The notes under the pieces: model-generated | What the model was told of the DNA's origin: nothing | Databases searched by the model: none | Seen by the model: the letters and a program-made list of their open reading frames with translations, nothing else | Program-made: the position numbers and the translations under genes | In this document: positions 17,592 to 26,700 of the stretch, piece after piece | Position numbering within the stretch: the first letter of the stretch is position 1 | Layout: each line of letters starts with the position of its first letter | NCBI GenBank assembly: GCA_965248925.1 | Contig: CBDFLE010000005.1 | Coordinates: 960,001 to 1,024,000, forward strand | Length of the DNA stretch: 64,000 nt | Direction: 5' to 3' | Origin: Candidatus Multivoradales bacterium | GTDB taxonomy: Bacteria; Acidobacteriota; Thermoanaerobaculia; Multivoradales; J023

Positions 17592-18356
17592 TCACCTTGC
17601 CTCTCGCTGGGCGGCCTTGCGAATACCGCCGGCTCTCTTCGCCCGCATGGAGTCACCGTCCACCGCGAGCTTGTAGGCGCCGTGGACAATGCGATCGAGG
17701 ATGGCGTCGGCCAAGGTCGGATCGCCGATGACCTCGTACCAGCTCTCAACCGGTAGCTGGGAGGTCACCAGCGTGGAGCGGTTGCCGTAGCGGTCCTCAA
17801 GAATCTCGAGCAGGTCGCGCCGCTCGCTGGCCCCGATCGGCGCCAGCCCCCAGTCGTCGAGGATGAGCAGGTCTGTGCGAGCATAGCTCTTGAGCAGCTT
17901 CTCGTAGCTACCATCACCCCGCGCGATGGCGAGCTGGCGAAACAGCCTCGGCACCCGCAGGTACAAAGCGGTGTAACCCTCCCGACATGCCTTGTGCGCG
18001 AAGGCGCAGGCGAGAAAGGTCTTGCCCACCCCGGCCTTGCCGGTGATCAGCACGTTGAGATGCTCGGCGATCCACTGGCACGAGGCCAGGCGCAGGATCT
18101 GGCCTTTGTCCAGGCCCCTCTTGGCTCGCCAGTCGATGTCTTCGATGGCCGCCTGCTCGCGCAGCTTGGCTTTTCGCAACCGCGCTATCAAGCGGCGGCT
18201 GGATCGCTCGGTCGCTTCGCGCTCGACCAGCAGCCCGAGGCGCTCTTCGAAGGAGAGCTCTGAGACATCGACCATCGACAGCTGCTCCTCAAAGGCTTTG
18301 GCCATACCGTGGAGCTTGAGCGCGGCGAGTTGATCGAGCGTCGCGTGCCTCAGCAT
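17592..18356 (-). CDS. istB: IS21 helper ATPase
   Basis: GKAGVGKT Walker A, LLILDDWG, ADAILDRIVH; ATG at 18356 overlaps istA end. Confidence 0.95.
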   Translation of the reverse strand: MLRHATLDQLAALKLHGMAKAFEEQLSMVDVSELSFEERLGLLVEREATERSSRRLIARLRKAKLREQAAIEDIDWRAKRGLDKGQILRLASCQWIAEHLNVLITGKAGVGKTFLACAFAHKACREGYTALYLRVPRLFRQLAIARGDGSYEKLLKSYARTDLLILDDWGLAPIGASERRDLLEILEDRYGNRSTLVTSQLPVESWYEVIGDPTLADAILDRIVHGAYKLAVDGDSMRAKRAGGIRKAAQREAR

Positions 18357-19924
18357 GGCGGCGTCTCCTCGCGGCGCGCGGCACTGTAGTAGCTGGCGCC
18401 GCGGACGTTGCGGTGCTCGATCGGCGCCGTCACTTCGGTGGGCTCGGGCGTTGCTTGCTGGTCCAGGCCGCTCTTCAGGATCGACTTCACGCTCTTGTAG
18501 GACAGGCCGTGAATGGCGAGCGCGCGGCGGCACGCAGCCTCCAAACGATTGGCACCATAGGTCTTGCCCAGGCGCATCAGCCCCAGACACGAGCGAAAGC
18601 CGTGCTGAGGATGGGAGCGGTTAAGCATGATGGTCTCCACCAGTTCGGCCGTCGCCTGGCCTGTTTTCGCCGCCCAGCTGATCAGCCGTGTCGGTGTCCA
18701 CTCCAGGTACGCCTGGTGCGCTTTGGGCATGTGCTCGCTCTGGGTCGTGTGCCGACCCCGACACCGATTGCGACGATGAGCAGCCACACGCTTGCCGCGA
18801 TCGAGCACCTCCACCAGTTGCGCCGTCGCCCGCAGATCGAGCTGCTTCTTGATCAGCTGGTACGGCACACTGTAATAGTGGCCCTCGAACTCGACGTGGT
18901 AGTCCGGGGCAACGCGTACCTTCTTCCATTCGGCAAGCTCGTAGGGCTGGAGCGGCAAAGCACCCAGAGCAGGACGATCGACCTGCTCGAACAGCGCTCG
19001 GCGCGAGACGCCCAACACCTTCAGCGGACGGTCGTTAAGCTCGACCAGAAGCTTCGCGATGCTCTCGTTGAGCTCTCGCAGGCTGAAGAACTGCTGGTTA
19101 CGCAGCCGGGCCAGAATCCAGCGCTCCACTTGCAATACACCGTTTTCGACCTTCGCCTTGTCTTGGGGCTTCCTCACCCGCGCCGGCACCACCGCCACGC
19201 CGTAGTGCTCGGCCAACTCCGCGTAGGTGCGATTGATCTCCGGCTCGTAGCGGCACGGGCTGGTCACGCCGCTCTTCAGATTGTCCGGCACCACCAGCTC
19301 GCTCACCCCGCCCAGAGCCGCGAAGGTCCGCACATGAGAGCCGATCCAGTCCTCCAGGCCCTGGCTCCACGTTGATTCGGCATAGGTGTAGTTGCTCGCC
19401 CCCAGCACCGCCACGAAGATCTGCGCTTCGCGCGCTTTGCCAGTCGCCGGGTCGATCACCCTCACGGTCTGTCCGGCATAGTCGACGAACAGCTTCTCGC
19501 CCGCCCGGTAGGCTTGGCGCAGGCACACATCCAGGCGCCCTTCCCAGATCCGGTACAGCTGACAGAAGCGGCTGAGACCGTAGCCGTCAGGATGGTCCTC
19601 CCGGTACTCCTGCCACAGCAGCGACAGGGTTACGCACTTCTTCTTCAGCTCGCCATGCACCTTGGTCCAGTCGGGCAAGGCTCGCTGACCACCCCTCCGA
19701 AGCGGCTGCGGCCGAGGGTACAGGCGTTGCTCCAGCTCAGCGTCGCTCAAAGCTGCTACTTGCTCCCAGCTCAGGCCTTCAACCTTGGCTCGCAGCAGGT
19801 AGTTGCACACCGTCACGTGGCCCAGCCGAACCGACCGTCCGATCTGGCGGTGCGACAGGCCATGCTGCCATTTCAGTCTCAGTACCTCGCGTATCTTGCG
19901 CATCGATGTCCTCACTCTCGGCAT
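18350..19924 (-). CDS. istA: IS21 DDE transposase
   Basis: GEKLFVDYAG, VVPDNLKSGV, PQDKAKVENGV. Confidence 0.95.
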   Translation of the reverse strand: MPRVRTSMRKIREVLRLKWQHGLSHRQIGRSVRLGHVTVCNYLLRAKVEGLSWEQVAALSDAELEQRLYPRPQPLRRGGQRALPDWTKVHGELKKKCVTLSLLWQEYREDHPDGYGLSRFCQLYRIWEGRLDVCLRQAYRAGEKLFVDYAGQTVRVIDPATGKAREAQIFVAVLGASNYTYAESTWSQGLEDWIGSHVRTFAALGGVSELVVPDNLKSGVTSPCRYEPEINRTYAELAEHYGVAVVPARVRKPQDKAKVENGVLQVERWILARLRNQQFFSLRELNESIAKLLVELNDRPLKVLGVSRRALFEQVDRPALGALPLQPYELAEWKKVRVAPDYHVEFEGHYYSVPYQLIKKQLDLRATAQLVEVLDRGKRVAAHRRNRCRGRHTTQSEHMPKAHQAYLEWTPTRLISWAAKTGQATAELVETIMLNRSHPQHGFRSCLGLMRLGKTYGANRLEAACRRALAIHGLSYKSVKSILKSGLDQQATPEPTEVTAPIEHRNVRGASYYSAARREETPPC

Positions 19925-22381
19925 CCAATCCTCCTTTCAAGGAGGCTGGAATACCCCAATTGTGAGGAGCGCGCTACCGTCGAACTCCGCCGTGGCCAGG
20001 ATTCCGATCCAATCTGACCACCCATTCCGATCGACCCGGAAAAGTGGTCACTTTCGATCGGAATCGATGGTCAGATTCCGTTGGAATCACTGGTCACTTT
20101 CAATCGGAATCGGTGGTCGGTTTCCGTCGGTGCAGGCAGTCGCGCCGGGTGCGCGAGAGTAGCCCCTCCAGCGTCCGCCGCTGCCGCTGCAGCCGGTGAA
20201 TCGCCCGCGTCTGCTCTCGCGCCTCGTCCACCGAGAGCACCAAGCAGCGATTCAAAAGCTCTTCATCGATGTCGATTGCCGTGGTCGTCAAGAAGATCAT
20301 CACCGGCCCTTCGACGTGGTACTCGTGCGTCACCAGCTTGCCCGTTGAAGCATCCTTGCCGGTCGAGGCAATCGTCAGCTCGCCCTCCGACTGAAGCAGC
20401 TTCAAGGCGTAGCTAGCCCGCTCGGCCCCCTCCTCCTCGACGATCGCCAGGATCTTGTGCTGCAGATCCGTTTCGCCCATGTAGAACAGCGATTGCCCGG
20501 TCATCGCCGAGTACTTCACTTGCTGCTCACCTGGCATCAGCGACAGCACCGCCTCCATCAGCGCCGACTTACCGGCCGCTGAGCTGGACTGCACCACCAC
20601 CGCCAGCGGCCGTTCCAGGAAACGCGAGGTCGACGCCAGGTAGCCCATCAGCTTGTTGACCTCCTCGCCCACCACCCCGCAGCGCTCGAAGTCCGCGAGG
20701 ATGCGCACCAAGAGATCTGGTGAGCGCAGCAGCTCAAGCGCCGCTTCCTTCTCTCCCTCTGACAGCTCCACCGCCGTCGACTGCGGCTCGAGTGCTGAGC
20801 GGATCTGCTCGTCCTGCAGCTCCTCGAGCTTCAGCAGCACCTTGCCCAGATCCTTCTTGACCACCTGCTCCTCGACCCCCAGCTCAGCGGCTGCCGCCCG
20901 CTGAAACACCGCCCGCGGCCGCGCCGCGTAGAGATCGAAAGTGTCGACGTGGAAGGCGTCGCCCCGCGACGCCAGGACGTTGACCTTGAGCACGTCGTAG
21001 GCCAGATTCTTCGGCAGACCGCGAATGCGGTAGCGGCGATCGCCGAGCGACAAGACCACCTCCTGGTCGCGCACCTCAGCCGGCATATCTGGCGGAGGCG
21101 GTGCGGGCAGTGGGGAGGCTTCGGCCGGGGCGGGCAGTGCCAATACCGCCTCTCCGGCGGTATTCGATGATGTCAGCTGCTCTGTTGGTGGAGCCATTAC
21201 CGCCTCTGCGGCTGTGTTTGGCCGTACCGTTGGCGCGATTAGGCCAGCTGTTGGCCCAAACCCCGGTTTCACGCCCGGCGGCTTGCCTTTGCCGAGCCAC
21301 TGTGCTTTGCGGATCACCACCCCCAGCGACTTCGCCGCCGGGGTCACCTTCAGCGCGTACTCGTTGGCATCCATGCCACGCGGAAATTGGATTCGGTAGC
21401 AGTCGATCCCGGCACCCACCAGCTTCTCGGCCAGCTTCCCGGCGGCCTTCTCGCCGGCATCGTCACGGTCGTAGGCGATCAGCACCCGCTCGACTCCGTG
21501 GCCACCGAAGGCTGCCAGCATCTCCGCGGTGAAACCCTGGATGCCGTAGGCGCTGGTGACGTTACGGTAACCCGCACACCAGAAAGTCAGAGCGTCGATC
21601 AGCGACTCGCAGAGGATGATCTCGGTCGAGGCCACCAGAGCTTCCGCATTAAAGATCCCTCGATGTGGACCCGGCAGATAGAGATGCAAGGGCGTCCCCT
21701 TGCGAAGATTTAGTGTGATCTTGCGCCCGTAGATCTCCACCACCTGGCCTGTTGAATCGAAAACCGGAAAGACGATCGAGCCGTTGAAGTGCTCATGACC
21801 CGACTTGCGCAGCACGCCGAGCTTCTGCAATCGACCCCGCATCTCCTTACCCGCCTTCAGCTGCTTCGATGGCAGTCGATAGCCCAGCGTCCGGTTGGCG
21901 AAGCCAAGCCTGAAATGCTCGATCATCTCCGGGTGCTTCAGCCCTCTGCTCTCCAGATAAGCCAGCGCCTCCGGGCCCTCCTTCAAAGCCTCGTGGTAGT
22001 AGCCGACGACCTGGCCGAGCAACTCCGCGTCCTCGACGTCCGCCACCACCGGCGAAGGCAGAGCCGGCGCCGAAGGCCGCGCCTCAGTGACCGCCGCCGC
22101 CGGCAGATCCGAGCGCAGCAGCTCGACCGCGTGGCGAAACGACACCCCGCGATCTCGCATCACCCAATCGATCACCGAGCCACCCGCCTGGCAGGCGCCC
22201 AGGCAGTGCCACAGGTTCTTCTTTGGCGAGATCACCAGCGACGGCTCGTGGTCGTCGTGAAACGGACACAGCCCCAGCAGGTCCGCCCCGTGCCGTTTCA
22301 GCTCTACACCGCGGGCCAGGACCAGGCGTTCCACCGATACTTCTCGCTTTAGTCGCTCCACTTCCGCTTCCGGAATCCTGC

Positions 22382-22606
22382 TCACCGTGCCGCCTCCGAT
22401 CCCACCGGAGTAAGCACCAAACGATCCTGCTCGACCTCCACCCGCAGCCGCTCCCCACAGCGAAACCCCGCTGCTTCCAGCCAAGCCCCCCGCATCCGCA
22501 CAAACGGCACAAGCCGCACCGAGCACGGACCGTTGATGTAGTGCGGTGCGCGGGGCTCGTGCAGGGTAGAGATCGTCAGATGCCGCTCAGCTCTCGACTC
22601 AGACAC
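22382..22606 (-). CDS. SymE-family protein 2 (unit 3)
   Basis: Identical to unit 2 copy. Confidence 0.85.
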   Translation of the reverse strand: MSESRAERHLTISTLHEPRAPHYINGPCSVRLVPFVRMRGAWLEAAGFRCGERLRVEVEQDRLVLTPVGSEAAR

Positions 22607-22895
22607 AGGCTGCTCCTGCCAGGCGACTTGCCGAGACCTCATCAATCCGGCCGATCTGATCCGCCGGCACCCACACCACCGGCTGCATTTCCCTCTCCTC
22701 CTCGCCCTCTTCCACCCGCGTCACCACCAAACGCCCGTCACCCACCACATCGATCCGCACTCGCGCACCGGGGTAGAAGCCAGCGTCCTGGAGCCATGGG
22801 CCGACCACTTGCAGCAATGGCAGCTGTGCCGATCTGGGCAAGACGTGCCAGCCGGGGCGGTACAGGGCGGAGATCGTTAGCTTGTGCTCGGTCAT
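22599..22895 (-). CDS. SymE-family protein 1 (unit 3)
   Basis: Identical to unit 2 copy. Confidence 0.8.
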   Translation of the reverse strand: MTEHKLTISALYRPGWHVLPRSAQLPLLQVVGPWLQDAGFYPGARVRIDVVGDGRLVVTRVEEGEEEREMQPVVWVPADQIGRIDEVSASRLAGAACV

Positions 22896-23100
22896 TGGAG
22901 ATCCTCCGGCAAGATTCTGTCTTTCTGTTGTAGCTGATGGGCTCGTTTTCATAGCGAGCACCATACGCATCGATTGACTCGATTATATAGCGCATAGACG
23001 TGGTTTTACAAGTAAGAACTCTGCCCCGAGACTCCATTTCCCTTGATGGCGAGGTGCTTGCGCTGTAGAATTTGCGGAGATTCATAGCGAGAGGCAACGG

Positions 23101-23478
23101 ATGGAGATGACTACAGACGCCCCCAGCTTCGGCCAGAAGCTCCGCAAGCTGCGCAAAGAGCGCGGATGGTCCCAGGACGAGTTCGGCAAACGGGTCGGCA
23201 TCCACGGTCGCCATGTAGGCAAGTATGAGATTGGCCAAGCCATGCCCAACGCCGAAACTGCCGTCAGGCTCGCCGATGTTCTCGACGTCTCGATCGATTT
23301 TCTACTGCGGGATGATCTCGATGGGGATGCAGCCCGTGGGGCTGCCTTGCGGGATCGGGAGTTGCTACGCCAGTTCGAAGCGGTCGAGCGGATGAGCGAC
23401 GATGATCGCCACGTCGTCACCTCCCTTATCGACGCCTACATCAAGAAGCACCAGATCGAAGAAGTGCTCCACCAGTGA
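23101..23478 (+). CDS. XRE-family HTH regulator (unit 3)
   Basis: Identical to 12653-13030. Confidence 0.92.
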   Translation: MEMTTDAPSFGQKLRKLRKERGWSQDEFGKRVGIHGRHVGKYEIGQAMPNAETAVRLADVLDVSIDFLLRDDLDGDAARGAALRDRELLRQFEAVERMSDDDRHVVTSLIDAYIKKHQIEEVLHQ

Positions 23479-23543
23479 GAGTGCCCGGTGGGACACCGGG
23501 CACTCATGATGGCGAGCTACTGTCAAAGGTTGGCCAACGCGGC

Positions 23544-23798
23544 CTACTCGCCGTGCAGCTTTCTCGCGGCTAGCTCAAGAGCGTGCTGAAAACCCTTGAG
23601 ATCCACCTCCCGAGAGATTTGTTCTTCCACAAGCCCAGGCCCTGGCACCTCTAACATTTTGTGCTCAAGGCCATGCTCCTGGCTCACGAGCGCCACAAAC
23701 TTGTCATCACAGTAGATCTCTGCGTAAACCTTCTCGTGATCCAGATCGCTGGCAATCATCACGCTGAAATGGCCAGCTGAGAACTCATCCCGCTTCAT
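23544..23798 (-). CDS. Putative immunity protein for toxin tip 2 (unit 3)
   Basis: Identical to 13096-13350; directly downstream of the full rhs. Confidence 0.82.
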   Translation of the reverse strand: MKRDEFSAGHFSVMIASDLDHEKVYAEIYCDDKFVALVSQEHGLEHKMLEVPGPGLVEEQISREVDLKGFQHALELAARKLHGE

Positions 23799-26700
23799 GG
23801 ATCTAGGAATCCTATGAACTGCCCATCTCCGTCGAAGCGTACTCCGCGCCCACTGGCAGTATCGAAAATATCCCGTCCACCGAGGCGATTTGCCCGAGTA
23901 GTCTGGTTCGAGCTGTTCAAGATCTCTTCAAGGATCTGTTGTCCTTGATCGTTCCTTGCAGCTGCATTGCCCGTTGACCGTGGAAAAACGCTGTCTGCTC
24001 TGTCTCCGTGCTTCTGTAGAGAGCGCCCAGCTCTGCTAAGTCCATTTCTATCCAGTTGCTGGCCAGCCCGAAGCAGGTCGTCAACGCTCGCTGCCCCCTT
24101 TGCTCCTCCGCGCGATCCCCGTTGAAAGACCTTACCAAGTCGAGCAAAGACAGCAGACAGCTTTGACCCAACACTAGGAAGTGCTTTTCGAGTAACAGCG
24201 ACAACAAGAGTCGTCTCGTCGACTGGCGAGAGAAGGCTGGCAGCAAACAGTGCTCCCATTCCCCGAGCATTGATGTTCTCAATGTACTGCTCCTGGGTGA
24301 TCTCGCCCCGCATCAAGCGCTGTATATCTTGTTCGAGAGCCATCGCCGCACGGCTTTCTCGCCCATTGGGGTCGATCTCGTTGATCGGGTTGTTCCCCGC
24401 ATAGGAATAGCGGTTCCAGCTTCCCGGCGCGCTGGGCTTGGCGGACTTCGCCGGGTCCACACTCAAGAACCGCCCCACCACCGGACTGCAATGCCGCGCA
24501 TGCATGTAGTCCAGCTCGCTCCTCGCCCCGGTCCCGGTCTTGTCCCGCTCATGACCGGTGAATTTCAGCTGGATCTCGTCAGCCTCCGCGCTGGTCGCCT
24601 CTTGACCAAAGGGAAAGTAGTTGTGCAACGCCACCTGCTGACCCCCTCGGGTGATCTGCCGGGGTGTGCCCAGGTGATCAAGATGGAGATGCGACGTCAT
24701 CTCGCCACCGCTACCCTCGGGCTCGATGGTGGCGAGGGGCTGCCCGCCGCGATGGACGTAGTCTCGACTCCAGCTGAAGGCGCCGCCAGCTGGCTGATCG
24801 TAGACTCGCAGGACTTCGTTGCCGAGACCGCGTAGGGTCCAGGTGAGGCTGGCGGGCTGGGTGGTGCAAGTGCTGGTGGCGCCGGGGCCGAAGCAGTCGA
24901 AGGTGAGGATCCGCTCGTCGCTGGCGTTGTAGATGAAGACCCGCGCTTGATCGGTGTTCGAGCGCAGGTGCTTCATCATGTTGGCGCCGTCGAAGGCGTA
25001 GTCGAAGCTCTCGCTGCCGAGGGTGATGTCGGTCAGATTGCCGGCCGCGTCGTACTGAGCGCCCGAGAGGCCGAGGCGGTTGGTGGTGGCGCTGGGGTTG
25101 AGATTGAGAGCCGCGAAGCCGGGTGTTGATAGCTGCTGGATGTTGCCGAAATTGTCGAAGCTCGCGGTCTGGGTGAAGAGGGTGGCACCGACGGAGGTCT
25201 GGCCGGAGATCAACCTGCCGAGGCGGTCATAGCGGTACGCCAAGTTGCCAATGGCGGAGATATTTCCAGCTCCGTCGTAGGCGAAGTTACCGCTGCTCCA
25301 GCCAGCAGAGGTGGTCAGCTGGTGCGGCCGGGCGAGGCCGTTCAAGCTGCTGACTTCTTGGCTGTCGACTACACCATCGCTGTGGGCGAGCTGATGCAGC
25401 ATGCCACCGCTCTGGTAGGTGAGGTTGTTGGCGAATCCAGGCACGGACCTGAGCATACCCTTCTCGTAGTTGAAATTCACTGTGCGCTGCGGATCGTTGG
25501 TGGCACAGCCACCGTCGGCGTGCTGACAGCTGGGGTAGTCGAGCTGTGACAAATTGCCCTGGGTGTCGAAGGCGAAGCCGGTGGTGAAGGCGTAGTTGCC
25601 GGCGAAGAATTGGTAGCGGGTCTGCTTCTCCGACATCAGGCCCTGACGACCGGTGTAGCGGAAGCTCTCGGAGAGCTTGACGTCGAGGGAGCCGGGCTCG
25701 GGGGCCAGGGGATTCTGGATGTCCACCCAGTTGTGGCGCACGGTCTGCACCAGCTTCCCGGCCCGGTGGTCGCTGCCAGAGTTGGTGCGGGCGTAGCGGA
25801 ACTGCTTCTGCAAGCGCGGAGTGCTCCCCACGCCATTGCTCGATTCGAGGACTCTGATCAGTCGGCCGGCGGCGTCGAAATCGAAGCTCAGATCGAAGGC
25901 GGTGCTGCCGATCAGGTCTTTGGAGATGGCGTTGCCGCCGGCGTCAAAGCGGTAATCGATGCGGCCATTGCCCGAGGGGCCGATCTCGGGATGGGTCTCG
26001 GAGAGTAGGAAGCCGCGACCGTCATAGCTGAACAAGCGGGTCTGGCCGCAGGTCGAGCCGGCGAGGTTCTGGCACACTTTGGTCAGTCTGCCACCATCGT
26101 CATAGGAATAGCGGGTCAGCAGACCGCCACCACCACAGCTGCCAGACCAGGCGGCGGAACTGCCCTCGCAGACCTCGGCCAGACGGCCCTGGCCGTCCAT
26201 GATCTCGGTGACGTAGGTGTCCTGCTGGCCACTGGTCAGCTGCACTTTGAAGCGCCGGATCTGCACCCGGTCGCCCTGGTAGGTGAAGAAGGTCGCCGGC
26301 TGTTCTGGCGGCTTGACCCGGCCGGGGCGGCCGAAGCGGTCGTAGGCGAGGTAGGTCGTGCGCCGGCTTTCGCCGGCCGCTGAGGCGGTAGTCCACACCG
26401 ACTCGTCCGTCTTCCAGTGACGCGGGTTCCAGGTCGTGTAGCGATGCCAGAGCTCGGTCTGGCCAGCGTTGGCGATGGGGATGCGCACGGTTTCTTGCAG
26501 CCGCCGGCCGAGGCCGTCGTAGCGGTGCTCGCGGAAGCTCATCAGGTCGGTGCCGCTGCAGGAGGTCTGGAAGGGCTGGCACTGTTGCTCGGTGAGCTTG
26601 GGGGCAAGACCGGGGTTGGCGGTGGTGGGCAGGGTGTAGGTCCACTGGGTCCAGCCCAGCTCGGCCGGGCGCTGGCCGGTCAAGCGGCCTAGGCGATCGT

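Larger units (their letters stand above)
17238..20138 (-). mobile_element. IS21-family insertion sequence (2901 bp)
   Basis: TG...CA ends (TGCCTATTCCGACG / revcomp TGCCTGCACCGACG), multiple subterminal TTCCGATCGAAA-GACCA repeats, 5-bp target duplication GTCGC (17233-17237, 20139-20143). Confidence 0.96.
16414..22385 (-). pseudogene. Primase-ATPase interrupted by IS21
   Basis: 5' part 22385-20139 and 3' part 17237-16414 rejoin to the unit 2 sequence when the IS and one GTCGC are removed. Confidence 0.93.
14207..24654 (-). mobile_element. Unit 3 (7542 bp + 2906 bp IS21 insertion); supplies the 3' end of the full rhs gene
   Basis: Offset to unit 2 is 7542 left of the IS and 10448 right of it; identity ends at GGGTGA 24654 inside rhs. 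Confidence 0.9.

Noticed and set aside
19995-20138. Repeats near 20000-20138 as an independent array
   Set aside because: They are the multiple subterminal repeats expected at IS21 ends and match those at 17238-17290.
1-24654. Prophage, ICE or integron interpretation
   Set aside because: No structural, terminase, relaxase or T4SS genes; each unit has its own integrase, unlike integron cassettes.
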